Shown here: one piece after another, positions 41,765 through 52,989 of the stretch
Layout: every line of letters begins with the position of its first letter
Position numbering within the stretch: position 1 is the first letter of the stretch
Assembly (NCBI GenBank): GCA_965219345.1
Contig: OZ244732.1
Coordinates: 1 to 64,000 of the forward strand
Origin: Nitrosopumilus sp.
Lineage (GTDB): Archaea > Thermoproteota > Nitrososphaeria > Nitrososphaerales > Nitrosopumilaceae
DNA: 64,000 nucleotides
Direction of reading: 5' to 3'
Notes under the pieces: generated by a model
Database searches by the model: none
The model's input: the letters and a program-made list of their open reading frames with translations, nothing else
What the model was told of the DNA's origin: nothing
Translations under genes and position numbers: made by a program

Positions 41765-42273
41765 TCCCTGATCAAATAATCCCATACAGGAACTCTAGAT
41801 ATTATCAAAAAGTAAATCTTAATCTACACAATAATTCCACTTTGATTTATTCAGAAATTTTAACTTTAGGGAGAGTCGCTATGGGAGAATCTTTTGAATA
41901 TGATATCTGTTACTTAAGAACACACTGTAAGAATCAGGATAAAAAAATAAGATTTTTAGAAAATACAAAGATTGAACCAAAAAAACAAAGATTGGGAGAT
42001 TTTGGGGTTTTGGGAAAGTATAGTATAGTAGGAACAGTCTACATCCTGACCAAAAAGGAATACGTGGTTGAACTAGAAGATACTATAAACGAAAACATTA
42101 GAAATATAGACGTAGTTTCTGTTGGAACATCCATTCTTCCAGGTGAATCAGGGATAGTCATTAGGGTTTTGGGAAATAGAACAGATAGTCTTTTTGATGT
42201 AATTTTCAAAACACTTGAAATCATCCGAAAGAAAATTCTTGGAGCAACAATTAGTAAAACAAGAAAAAATTGA
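41764..42273 (+). pseudogene. ureD: 5'-truncated urease accessory protein UreD
   Basis: IPDQIIPYRNSRYYQ...YSEILTLGRVAMGESFEY resembles UreD motifs. The N-terminal portion is absent and no other ure genes are in the window. Confidence 0.8.
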
Positions 42274-42301
42274 GTAAAATATAGGGAAAAAATTTAATTT
42301 T

Positions 42302-42916
42302 TTACTTTAGTTGATCAAGAAGTGAAAGGCTCATTAAATTAGTCATTATCAATCCTTTTCTGTTAACATCACGTCGTGTTTGTTCACAGTATCTCTTTAC
42401 ACTTTGATGACTCTTTTCACTTGTAACTTCAAGTACTAGAATATTTTCAGAGTACGGAAATGTAAATTTTGAAGGAGATAAGCAATGTGTATTCATGTTT
42501 CCAAGTCCAGCTTTTTCAACGTTCATTCTCTTTAGTAAGAGATTTGCAATTTCTTGCAAGTCTTCATCAGATTCTCCATACTCAATATAATATATGGAGA
42601 CAAAATTAGTTTGTCCTTGGACTTCTCTTTGAAATAGATCGTCTTTGATATTAAATACAAAAGCAGTTTTTTCTTGGTTGTGTTTAGAAAAATCTTTGGA
42701 TATCTGTGTGCTATCTTTGAATTTGGCTAGAAGATAATGATTAGTTGAATCAGAAAAATATGGTTTGCTTTCAGTAGAAAATGTACCTGTAACAAAAAAT
42801 AATTTTTCTATATTTTTTGAATTAATCCAAGATTCTTTTAGCTCAATAGATTCATGTGTGTGTAAATATGGAGCACAAACATAACCAGAATAAGATAATT
42901 CTAGCTTTGACATCAA
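42302..42916 (-). CDS. Hypothetical protein
   Basis: 204 aa ORF with host-like composition. Confidence 0.7.
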   Translation of the reverse strand: MMSKLELSYSGYVCAPYLHTHESIELKESWINSKNIEKLFFVTGTFSTESKPYFSDSTNHYLLAKFKDSTQISKDFSKHNQEKTAFVFNIKDDLFQREVQGQTNFVSIYYIEYGESDEDLQEIANLLLKRMNVEKAGLGNMNTHCLSPSKFTFPYSENILVLEVTSEKSHQSVKRYCEQTRRDVNRKGLIMTNLMSLSLLDQLK

Positions 42917-43023
42917 AGCTTCAAAAACTTTTGACAGTATTTATGCGTATAGTACATAATACGATCAAAGGATCTAACCCGCCTACAATAGTTTTTTAAT
43001 AGTATAGATCTTGTTTTCCTTGT

Positions 43024-43150
43024 CCCAAGCTAGCTCAGCCTGGTAGAGCTTCCGGCTGTAGTTGTTGGCTTTAGATGGCTGACCGAATAACAGCATATCA
43101 GGCATACAGAAACCGGGTTGTCGAAGGTTCAATTCCTTCGCTTGGGACCA
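43024..43150 (+). tRNA. tRNA-Tyr(GTA) with about 50 nt intron at 37/38 and encoded CCA
   Basis: CCCAAGC/GCTTGGG acceptor stem, anticodon GTA at 43058-43060, intron about 43062-43111 with CTGT/ACAG helix and AAA bulge, T arm GAAGG-TTCAATT-CCTTC. Confidence 0.93.
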
Positions 43151-43249
43151 CAAAGTTTTCTATTAACTAAAAATTAATTTTGAAAATAAGAAAAAGATAG
43201 ACTGGATTTAAGAAAACAAAAAGAAATCTTAAATTAAAAAATTCATTGC

Positions 43250-43441
43250 CTATTCTGATTTTTTGACTTTTTGAGCTGCTGGGCCTTTTTGGCCTTCGCC
43301 TACTTCAAACTCTACTTTATCGCCTTCGTTGATGAATCCGTCAACATCTGATTTGTGAACAAACAGATCGTCTCCATCTTCTCTTTCGATAAAACCAAAG
43401 CCCTTAGTACGGTTAAACCATTTTACGGTGCCTTGTTCCAT
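43250..43441 (-). CDS. cspA: Cold-shock protein
   Basis: GTVKWFN..KGFGFI, LFVH, GQKGPAA. Confidence 0.95.
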   Translation of the reverse strand: MEQGTVKWFNRTKGFGFIEREDGDDLFVHKSDVDGFINEGDKVEFEVGEGQKGPAAQKVKKSE

Positions 43442-43478
43442 TTGGTTTTTGAAATAATTAATCACTATATTAACTAAG

Positions 43479-43587
43479 GTATCAAAAGCAGATCAAGCCA
43501 AAAACAATAGTGGCGCCGTCAAATAATTCTGACTTGCAACAAGGGATGCAAGTATCAAAAGCAGATCAAGACAAAAACAATAGTGGC
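43479..43587. repeat. 36 bp direct repeat pair with 37 bp unique insert (period 73)
   Basis: gtatcaaaagcagatcaag(c/a)caaaaacaatagtggc at 43479-43514 and 43552-43587, 1 mismatch. Confidence 0.92.
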
Positions 43588-43898
43588 TAGAAATCTTTAG
43601 GGATGTGATTTTGTTCCTTTAACCAAGTCACTTGAGGAAGTGTGAATCTCCAAATAATATCTCCTCGTTCGTTCTCTTTAAAGTCCCAAGGCGCAATAAT
43701 CACAATATCATTATCTCTAATCCAAACTCTTCTCTTTAGTTTACCTCTAATTCTACCACGTCTGGTAACATTATCAGCACATTTTATCATGACATTTTCA
43801 CCTCCAAGCATTTTCAATACTCGTCCAAAAAGTTCACCTTCTTCAGGAAGACGAATCTCTTTCAGAGCACTTTCATTTTTTACTTGGCGCTTACCCAT
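43587..43898 (-). CDS. eif1a: Translation initiation factor aIF-1A
   Basis: GRVLKMLG, RIRGKLKRRVWI, PWDF, GDIIWR. Confidence 0.95.
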   Translation of the reverse strand: MGKRQVKNESALKEIRLPEEGELFGRVLKMLGGENVMIKCADNVTRRGRIRGKLKRRVWIRDNDIVIIAPWDFKENERGDIIWRFTLPQVTWLKEQNHIPKDF

Positions 43899-44006
43899 GA
43901 ATATCATTTAGATTCTGAGCATATAACTGATAGGGTTTTTGATAACGTAAATTCAGGTGTATTACAATACGCAAGAGATTTTATCTATTATACTAAAAAT
44001 TAATCT

Positions 44007-44570
44007 ATGGAATTTAGATGCATAAAAGAATGCTCTCAATGTTGTATTGAAAGGGAATATTATCCAAACAAAAGATTTGGAAAAATAGGAGTGCTAATTC
44101 TTCCTGAAGAGAAAGAAAGAATAGAAAAATTAGCAAAATCAAATAGATTAAAGATCAAAATTTTGCCAAGAATTGGAATTTCTGAAGACAGGAATTCTAT
44201 TCCAACAAAAATTTTGGCATATCAATTGATGGGAATTGAAAAAAATGGAAACACATGTCCTTTCTTAGACACAGATAGTGGAGACAAATCACCACATGGA
44301 GGGTTTCCGTGTAAAATTTACAAAGACAGACCACTTGCATGTATGGCATATCCGTTGATTGAATCGGAACCAGCTACATTTGATGAGAAATGCAAGTTTT
44401 GTAAAGAGCATGGAACTGCAGATCAGAATATTAATTCTGAAGTAGAGTCACTTCTAAAGATTAAAGAAAAAATGAACACCGATGCTTTATTCATTTGGAG
44501 ATTTGCAACGAAAGTGGGAGAAGAGGAAGATCAGAAAATCTTGGAGTCAGGTTGGATTTTAGAAGATTAG
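44007..44570 (+). CDS. YkgJ-family cysteine-cluster (Fe-S/Zn) protein
   Basis: CIKECSQCC, CPFL, CKIYKDRPLACMAYP. Confidence 0.88.
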   Translation: MEFRCIKECSQCCIEREYYPNKRFGKIGVLILPEEKERIEKLAKSNRLKIKILPRIGISEDRNSIPTKILAYQLMGIEKNGNTCPFLDTDSGDKSPHGGFPCKIYKDRPLACMAYPLIESEPATFDEKCKFCKEHGTADQNINSEVESLLKIKEKMNTDALFIWRFATKVGEEEDQKILESGWILED

Positions 44571-44640
44571 ACAAGCCATAAAACAGATATTGGCACGGTT
44601 TTAGGTAAAAATTCAAAAGGCACTAGAACTTTTGGTCAAT

Positions 44641-45141
44641 ATGAGTGAAGATGCATGGTCAAATTTAGACAAAGTTGATCAAAAAATCATAGAGATTCTT
44701 AATAACAATGCCAGAGCACCATCAAAAGAAATTGCATCAGAACTAGTAAAATCAGATCATGATGTTTCAGACAGAACAATCAGAAAAAGGATATAGCGCC
44801 TTGAGAAGAGTGGGATCATTAAAGGATACAAAGCAGTTCTAACAGATGTATCTGGAATTAACAAGTATGAAGCAATAATGATGAAACTAAAACCATCAAA
44901 ATCCTTCGAGTCAGCAAAGGATTCTATCAAAGAATTCATTACAAAATTAGATAATTATCTCCTAATAGCAAATATGGATAGAGAATGGAATATGTTAGTA
45001 ATAATTCAAGTAGATTCTGAAAAATCAAACGTGTCACAGAAGATTGTAAAAAAGTTTTCAGATGAATTAATTGATTATAGAATAAATGAGATAGACATCA
45101 AAGATACGAATATTCTGAACATGTCTTTACTTTTATTGTGA
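44641..45141 (+). pseudogene. Lrp/AsnC-family transcriptional regulator with in-frame TAG
   Basis: LDKVDQKIIEILNNNAR...SDRTIRKRI*RLEKSGIIKGY; TAG at 44794-44796 and the frame is otherwise open to 45141. Confidence 0.85.
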
Positions 45142-45199
45142 GCACAGTCATAGACGTCTTTGTTTGATCTTTTAAATCTGATCTAGGATTTTATTTATT

Positions 45200-45800
45200 A
45201 TGAAACCTGTAATAATTATCGCAATAGCATTTGTTCTGTTACTTCCATTATTTACAATTCCTACATATGCTCAAAATAATGAGATTGAAGAGAACGCAGA
45301 GTTAGATTCTATCGAAGATGACATTATCATTTACAACGCGGGCTAGATTTGATTAGTGTGGGTGTTATTGATAGAGAGAGTGCTTCGTCTGATTTAATTT
45401 TCTGGCGGACTATAGCATCTGATGAGATTGATTTTACAGAATTTCCACCACCTGATGATTGGGATCTTACAAATGGTTACGTTATAGACAAAACAGGTCT
45501 AAACATTGATCCAGATTTTTACAAAGTTAAGACACGAGGTTCTTTTTTCAATGACTTTGATTTTAGAAATTATCCATACGACAAAATAGATCTAGACATA
45601 CACATTGAACCTTATTTTCCTCTTACAACAAGTAGAGTAGTTTTTGAAGTAAATGAAAAATGGTGTCATAAATCCTGATACGGTTAGCGTTCCAGGATGG
45701 ACAATGGGTAAACCTAAATTCTCAGCATATACAGCTGCTTATTCGTGGGGAAGTTTTACACATTTTGAGGCACACTTTCCTGTTGAGACATCTCCAGTTG
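45200..45800 (+). pseudogene. Decayed pentameric ligand-gated ion channel-like gene (extracellular domain)
   Basis: Signal peptide from ATG 45200, frameshifts near 45344 and 45660, FDFRNYPYDKIDL Pro-loop motif, VSVPGW. Cut off by the MITE at 45801. Confidence 0.65.
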
Positions 45801-45979
45801 GGTTCTGTTGCATCTTAGTGACCTAAGCATAACCATCATATAATTTTTAGAAAAAATGATTTTGTCAAGGCTTACGATCAATGACGGAACCAAAAGGAAC
45901 ACAAACCACGCTTTAGATAAATTTTGAATCTAGAGAAGATCCGTATTTTATGCTTAGGTCATGAAGATGCAACAGAACC
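45801..45979. mobile_element. 179 bp MITE with IS6-family-like ends
   Basis: 32 bp TIRs ggttctgttgcatctt(ag/ca)tgacctaagcataa with 2 mismatches. GGTTCTGTTGCA resembles IS257/IS431 ends. No target duplication. Confidence 0.85.
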
Positions 45980-48900
45980 AAAACGGATAGTATTAAAGAG
46001 TCATGCATTGTGTATGATCAATATTTCCTAGTTTGGTCTTTTTGATGTTATCTCACAAGACACATTGTTTTTACCATCATTTCCATGACATTTGTCTATT
46101 CCCTTGCCACCAACAATTTTATCATTACCTGCTTCTCCTTGGATATAGTCATCACCTGAGTTCCCATTGAGGATATCGTTACTGTTACCTCCCAAGATAT
46201 AGTCATTTCCTGCACCGCCACTTATGCTATCCTTGCCGTCTCCACCAATGATACAGTCATTGCCTGCTTTACCCTTTATGCTGTCTTTTCCTTCATATCC
46301 TAAAATTAAATCATCATGTATCGTTCCAACTAGCTTGTCATTGTTTTGCGTTCCTTGTATCAGAACATAATGCGTTGCAGGATATCCACAGTATAGTGTT
46401 AAGTTATCTACAGATGCAATCTGTGGTACTAGCTTGTGTATGATATCACTTTGCGTAGTGTAATCATATATTTCGATGGACAGTGCTGTTTTATCTGGCA
46501 TATTATCACCCAAGAGAATATCGTCTGCAACATCAAAGTGTACAGCCGTGTAGGGCTTGTTGTTTTGTAATAATGACTGTGTGTCAGTAATACTGTATAA
46601 CATTGCCTGTTCTGGATTTATCAATCTGATATCCATAGTATATGGATCAAAGATTATTCCAGGTATTGTTACACTAAAGGATTTACCGGCATATTTTTCA
46701 TGGATTTGCTGGTATCTCTTGTATTTCTCTGAGATATCTTTTGATAATGACTTTGCAAGCTGTGATGATGTTACATCAAAGGTACTCCAATTCCCTGAGT
46801 ATACGTATGCAGAACCTGAATTAGTACCTGCATCATCATCTCCTCGGACTCCTGCAACTATAATATTACCTGATACAGATACAGGATCTGCAAATGTATC
46901 CCATGATGAAGTGTTTTGTGGTGATATTGCAGATACTTGTTCCCATGTACCGTCTATCTTCTCAAAGATATATGCTGCCCCACCAAAACTTGCTCGTGTT
47001 GCATCACCCCATGCTCCGACTACTATCGTATCCCCATGTATTGATACAGAATCACCAAAGTATGCAGAACGGTGTCCAAAGCTTGGGAGTAGTTTTTGTG
47101 TTTGTATCCATGAATCATCTATCTTCTCAAAGACATAGGCAGAGCCTGAATTGTACCCAAAGTCATCATTTGCATGTGCGCCAACTACTATGGTGTCTCC
47201 ATGTATGGATATGCCTAATCCAAAGTGATCAGAACTGGCACCATCGCCGGCAACAATCTTTGCAGTCTGTTCCCATGTACCATTCATCTTCTCAAAGATA
47301 TATGCAGAGCCTGAGTTTGAGCCATTATCGTCATCCATCCATGCACCTACAACTATTATATTCTCATAGATATCAGTAGATACTCCAAAAGAGTCATAAT
47401 CACTAGCGTCATCAGGTGTTAGTCTTGTATCTTCTGACCAGCCAGATCCATCTTTTTGGTATACATATACTGCACCAGTTGATATGCCTCCAATGTCTCC
47501 TGATGCCATAGCAGATACGGCAGTATTACCATGTATGGATACTGCATTTCCAAATCTGTCTTGTGGCATGCTGTCTGATGTAGTTAACTTTTGTGTTTGC
47601 ATCCATGTGTTATTTATCTTCTCAAAGATATATGCAGAACCAGAGTTTGAACCGTAATCGTCATCATATTTTGCAGATACTATTGCTGTACCGTCATATA
47701 TTGAGACTGCTGCGCTAAATATATCTCCGCGTTCCAAGTCATCAGATACAATCTTTGCAGTCTGGCTCCATGAGTAATTTTCTTGCTCAAAGATGTAAGC
47801 TGCGCCTGAAAGTACATTATCATTTATCTTGGCTGATGCAATGATTGTATTACCATGTATATCGATATTTTGTGCAAAGTAATTTGCCCATCTGTTACCC
47901 TCAGGGGCTATCTTTTGCAAATAAGTTGCATGAGGGATTGCCACACCGCCAGGGTCTGATATTACACCATTAATGGTATTATCTGCATCTCCAAGGCCAT
48001 CCTGTATTGTTATAGTTTGAGTATCAGAGGCACTATTTCCAGCATCATCAGTGGCAGTCCAGACAACAATAGTTGTTCCAACAGGAAAAGAGGCAGGTGC
48101 ATCATTTGTTATAACAGGATTAGGATCCGTATCATCAGAAGCAGTAGCTATTCCAATTTGAGTAGAACTAAGAGTAGTCAGTAAACCCATGGCCTCAAAC
48201 GTAGCATCAGAAGGCGCAACAATTACAGGAGAGGTAACATCAAGAGTCAAAGTTACTATGACATCAAAAGAAGTCATAGCATTACCATCTGAATGTGTAA
48301 CAGTGCAAAGTACAGTAGTAGTACCAACAGGGAATATAGAACCTGATGTATAATCACAAGTTACAATGCCTTTATCAGCAGTAGGTAAACTAAAAGTTAC
48401 AACTTTACCAGAGACATCATCAGTTGATACAGAAATATCAGAAACAGTTGATGTAAATGATGCAGGAATGGAAGGTGGAGATCCGCCAGAAACACGGGTA
48501 GCAATAAACTGCACATCATCAATTCCAACATCTTCAGCACCTAAGCTCATGTGAGCAGAGAATCTAAAATTAAAGTCAGAGACATTTGTGTAATCAGACA
48601 AAGAATAATTTTCTAAATGCCACGCATCATCATCATCAGAATTTTCTTGATTCCATTTATCAAGCTCAATCCAGCTAGAGCCGTCATAAATCTCTAAAAT
48701 CAAATATTCGTTCAAGTCAAGAGCGCGGTCCACATATCTGTAAAACGATAAAAACTCATCTGAATAATCAGTCATGTCTAAAGAGACAGATTTTGTCAAA
48801 GTACAAACAGTATCACAATCATCAGCTTCAGCTACTTTGTTTGATGCGGTATGATCCGGAGGCAATCTGAACTCATCGAATCTATCAGCTCTCCAATTAG

Positions 48901-49548
48901 GTTCTCCTGATTTAATCCAGCCATCTAAATTACCGTCCTCAAAGTCGTCTGAGAATATTGTATTGCTTGTAGGAATAATCACACCAGATACCACAATATC
49001 AAAAGATACGCTGGCAGAATTTCCTGAATCATCAGTAGCTGTACAGGTAACAGTAGTAGTAGTACCAACAATGAATGTAGAACCAGATGTATGATCACAT
49101 GTTACACCTACAGAAGAGTCTACAGTATCTACAGCGTCAGGTACATCAAATGTTACTGTACTGGATACAGACGAAATATCTAGAGGCTGAAATAGAGAAG
49201 GAGCTATGGTATCTTGTATGGTTATAAGCTGGGTATCTGCAGCAGTATTGCCAGAAGAATCAGTGGCAGTCCATGTAATTATGGTTGTGCCAAGAGGGAA
49301 TGACACAGACGCGTCATTGGTTATTGCTGGGCTGGGATCCACATTGTCAGTGGCAGTTGCAGTTCCTAGCTGGGCTGCAGTTATCGTTGTGCCTGTACCT
49401 GTAGCTTCAAATGTTTGATTAGAAGGGGCAATAATGACAGGTGGTAAAGAATCTTTTTGAGTATAAGTTTCTGTACCGCCTTTAAATGACGCAATGTATG
49501 GTGCAGTCTGTGTTATAACTAATGCATTATTTTCATGAGTTTCTGTGC

Positions 49549-50592
49549 TGTAATATACCGAAATCATTTCGCCTGGTCATTTATGTCCTCCTCCATCCAT
49601 TTCGGGTGGGTTTTCCTGATCGCGTCAGTGGCCTTTTTGTCCGAGAACGCCCTCAGCGGCGTCTGGTGGTTGTGGATGTCAAGGGAGAAGTGCAGCCTTC
49701 TCTCGTTGTAGTATTCCATGTACGCAGACAGGCTCTCGTAGTGAAATATCTCGTCCTCTATGCTGCGGTGGAACCTCTCAAGCTTCCCGTTTGTCTGGGG
49801 ATGGTACGGCCTAGAGTTTATCAGCTCGATGCCGCAGTCGAGCAGCTCTGCCTCAAAGGCAGTGGCCTTCCACGTCTTCTTTGGCGTCTTTCTGCCTCCG
49901 CGTCCCACAAAGCACGAGCCGTTATCGGATAGTATGGCCGCAGGCGTGCCAAATCTCCTGATTGCCTTTCTGAGTACCGTTACTGCGTTCTCGGATGTGG
50001 CCTGCGTGAAGACCTGCGAGGCCACGACGCACCTTGAGGCGTCATCAAGATACGTGACTAGCTGGAGCCCTCTGAATCGGGGATCCTTCATCTCGTGCCA
50101 GTCCACATGCCACATGGCGTTGGAATACCTGCGCTCGTAGCGCACCCACTTTCGCCTCCGTGACCCTGCATCGGAGTGGACCACCATGCCGTTCTCCTTC
50201 ATTATCCGGTATACGCGCCTGTAGCTTATATTGTGACTTGCCTGCAGGTCGAGGGTCGTGCGTACGACCCCTACTTTCTGTCCGGCGTATGCGTCCAGAA
50301 CCGCCCGTGTCTCGCCTGGCGTAGGCAGTACCTGCCTTCTTCCCGGACTGCGCTGTACGTGGTGCACGCCAGTCCTGCGAAACTCCGCCCACAGCTGCTG
50401 GATGCGCCTCTGCGTCACCTTGAGCTCAGCTGCAATGTCTGCAGTGGGCCTCCCCTTCTGGCACCGGGATATGGCGTACCGGATCTGCCTTTCCGTAAGC
50501 TTGATCTTCATCCGTTTTGCTGATCGGTACAGCCTAAGGTAATCCTTTGCAAGCCTCCTAAAAGTGAGGCGAAATGATTTCGGTACAATACA
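49549..50592 (-). mobile_element. IS481-family insertion sequence (1044 bp) with 15 bp target duplication
   Basis: TGT...ACA ends, 26 bp TIRs with 2 mismatches, TSD catgagtttctgtgc at 49534-49548 and 50593-50607. Confidence 0.93.
49564..50511 (-). CDS. IS481-family DDE transposase
   Basis: HTH N-terminus; WHVD, LDDASR, LSDNGSCF, PYHPQTNGKLERFH. Confidence 0.93.
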   Translation of the reverse strand: MKIKLTERQIRYAISRCQKGRPTADIAAELKVTQRRIQQLWAEFRRTGVHHVQRSPGRRQVLPTPGETRAVLDAYAGQKVGVVRTTLDLQASHNISYRRVYRIMKENGMVVHSDAGSRRRKWVRYERRYSNAMWHVDWHEMKDPRFRGLQLVTYLDDASRCVVASQVFTQATSENAVTVLRKAIRRFGTPAAILSDNGSCFVGRGGRKTPKKTWKATAFEAELLDCGIELINSRPYHPQTNGKLERFHRSIEDEIFHYESLSAYMEYYNERRLHFSLDIHNHQTPLRAFSDKKATDAIRKTHPKWMEEDINDQAK

Positions 50593-51770
50593 CATGAGTT
50601 TCTGTGCCAGAAACTATTAATGTTCTTTCAAAATTATTACTAGGATCAGACCATTGAGTACGCCATTCACAAGTGTTAAACAAACATGGATAACCCATAA
50701 GTGTAGTGTATGTACGACCATCTGAAACGGTTTCATATCCATGGCCGTAAGTAAATGGTACAGTAGAACTATCTTGAATTCTTTCATGCCTCATACCAAA
50801 TAGATGTCCAAGTTCATGTGCAATAACATTACCAATTTGAGGATTAGTACATCTAACATTAACTACTGAAAATGCATTGCTTAAATCTGCTAAGATCTGT
50901 GATGCGCGACCACAATATTCAGCATCAGTGTGATTATTAAGCAATATACCGATATCTGCATTCTCATTATCTCGTACAGCGTTTCCTCTTTCCATGTATC
51001 CGTCATTTTTTGTGATTAATCGATTGAGATCAGTTACCATACTATCAGACTCTACATATCCAAGACCAGCACCAGCTATCTCAACATTGTTTAAACTTAC
51101 AGGGATATCACTAGAGTTAAATGCAATATTTGATTTATCTATACCCAAGTTTGCCATCAAGCGTAAATTAATTGAGCCTTTTTCAGTTCTTGCATTATCT
51201 GTATATAAAAATACTATATCAATTTCCATGTTACGATGGGTGGTGCCAGAGAATTCACCAACAGGTACAGCACTAACAACATTTTGATAATTAGGATTTA
51301 GGTCAAGATCACCACCACCTTCTGATTCACTGCCAAATGCTAAATTACTATATTGCCTGATAACATGTTTATTATCTACTGGTTCTATAACATAGTTTTT
51401 TCCAACACCGCTTAGCTCAAGTCTGGTATAATCATTAAAAACTGCAATAAAGACATTGTTTTTAGAATCAGATGTACTTCCTACATATGTATAATCAGTA
51501 GAATTTCTAATAATGGTCTGTTCATGTGTAATTCCTATGGTCTTACCAAAAACAGCAAGATTCATGGAAGGTTCAGTTAACGCTTGTAAATTTATCTCTA
51601 CATTTGATACATTATGTTGTGTATTTGATGTATCAGATGTTTGGGATTTGGCTGTTCGAAAATTATCAGGTATTGTTACAAATTCTGGCATCGTTTGTTG
51701 GGCAAAAATATCGCTAGTTGTTATAGGCAGAACAACCAGAGACAATAAAACAAAAAGTAATAATTTTATA

Positions 51771-52961
51771 TTAATACACCCATAAATTTCGAGCAAACAG
51801 TGGCTTGCCAGTTAGTGCATCTACATATACCTCATACCAATGATAATGACCATCCATATATGGTGTTTGACATGTTGCTGCATAAGTTTGATAGAGAGGT
51901 CTGCCGTTCATTATCTTAACTGTAGGCATATTATCATCATGATCAGAATTGTATGCAATATTGCAATCAGGCAATAAAAGATCATCATATGAAAAGATAT
52001 GATCTCGGCCAGCCTGTAATGATTCTTTTAGGTCATACAGATTTATTGCAGACAGATTATCATTCCAGTTGCCTATGTAGATAAATGTATAACCTGTATC
52101 AAATACTGTTGTAATTTCATTACCTCGAATATGGATACTATCTATACTCTGAGAAAATTTATACGAGTAATTATTAATAGGAGCAAAACCCTCCTGTATT
52201 GTAACTGTTTCATCAAGTGTAACACCCAACTCATCTAACATGGCAAAGGTAACCTCTTCTGCTTTGTCAAGATGAATTCTATCTTTTCCAAAAAACGTAT
52301 ACTTGAAACCCCAATCATAAATATTTGAATCAAAAAATTGCATCTGACCTTTTTTAGTAACATATCTGTTTCCGCCATTATTAATATCTGTTATATCATC
52401 ATCAAAAAATAAAGCCATTTTCTGTGCAAATGAGCCCTTATCATCTGGAGGCATTTTGAGAACATAATCAAATGTAATGTCTTTTGGAATGATATCCGAA
52501 ATATTAGTTGGGTTGAGAAGTGGTTTTAGTTGTGTCTTTTTATTTATGATATCCGAATCAACAGTAACTTGTTTATCATCAACATCGTTTGAAATAATCT
52601 GTGGTTGTGATACAACATTAGATCCAAAAGAGGGTTCATTATTTGATTGCTCAATGTTATTAGTTGTTTTTTCTGATGTCGCAAATTCAACCTTGATTAT
52701 TTTCCAATTCATCTTTTCAGCAGTTTGCTCTGTAACACAAAGATGATCTACGTTTGCACGAACTGCATGAATACGATTCTCATTACACTGTATGTCCTCT
52801 GGTGCCACACCGTCTCTGATTTGCTGTAAGGGACTAGGATAATCCGAATATGATGAGGGCACTAGAGAAACTGAGACCACAAAAAACACTAAAAGAAAAA
52901 CTGTAATGTTAACATTTTGTGTTTTGGAAATCAAACTAGTTAGTATAAAAACCACATTCAT
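51771..52961 (-). CDS. Exported protein with N-terminal two-Cys module and C-terminal PepSY-like motif
   Basis: Hydrophobic leader, SPLQQIRDGVAPEDIQCNENR...LCVTEQTAEKMNW, and C-terminal YEVYVDALTGKPL. Start reassigned to the ATG at 52961. Confidence 0.75.
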   Translation of the reverse strand: MNVVFILTSLISKTQNVNITVFLLVFFVVSVSLVPSSYSDYPSPLQQIRDGVAPEDIQCNENRIHAVRANVDHLCVTEQTAEKMNWKIIKVEFATSEKTTNNIEQSNNEPSFGSNVVSQPQIISNDVDDKQVTVDSDIINKKTQLKPLLNPTNISDIIPKDITFDYVLKMPPDDKGSFAQKMALFFDDDITDINNGGNRYVTKKGQMQFFDSNIYDWGFKYTFFGKDRIHLDKAEEVTFAMLDELGVTLDETVTIQEGFAPINNYSYKFSQSIDSIHIRGNEITTVFDTGYTFIYIGNWNDNLSAINLYDLKESLQAGRDHIFSYDDLLLPDCNIAYNSDHDDNMPTVKIMNGRPLYQTYAATCQTPYMDGHYHWYEVYVDALTGKPLFARNLWVY

Positions 52962-52989
52962 ATAAGATTTTTTAGAATACATCATTGAT

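Larger units (their letters stand above)
46028..51796 (-). pseudogene. IS-interrupted giant secreted protein: M12B/reprolysin-like metalloprotease, HYR repeats, beta-sandwich domain, FG-GAP propeller, RTX Ca-binding repeats
   Basis: HELGHLFGMRH and TLMGY Met-turn in 50558-51796. HYR (FPVGTTIV.WTATD..GN), GSAYIFEK and GGAGND repeats in 46028-49567. Removing the IS and one TSD joins SGTETH to ENNALV in frame (about 1570 aa). Confidence 0.88.

Noticed and set aside
43479-43587. Calling the repeat-insert-repeat units bona fide CRISPR arrays
   Set aside because: Each has only two repeats, with no recognisable repeat family, no leader and no cas genes nearby. Kept as repeats and as a hypothesis.
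46790-47870. Periodic nucleotide repeats (atcttctcaaagatatatgc)
   Set aside because: Explained by the coding FG-GAP repeats (SAYIFEK).
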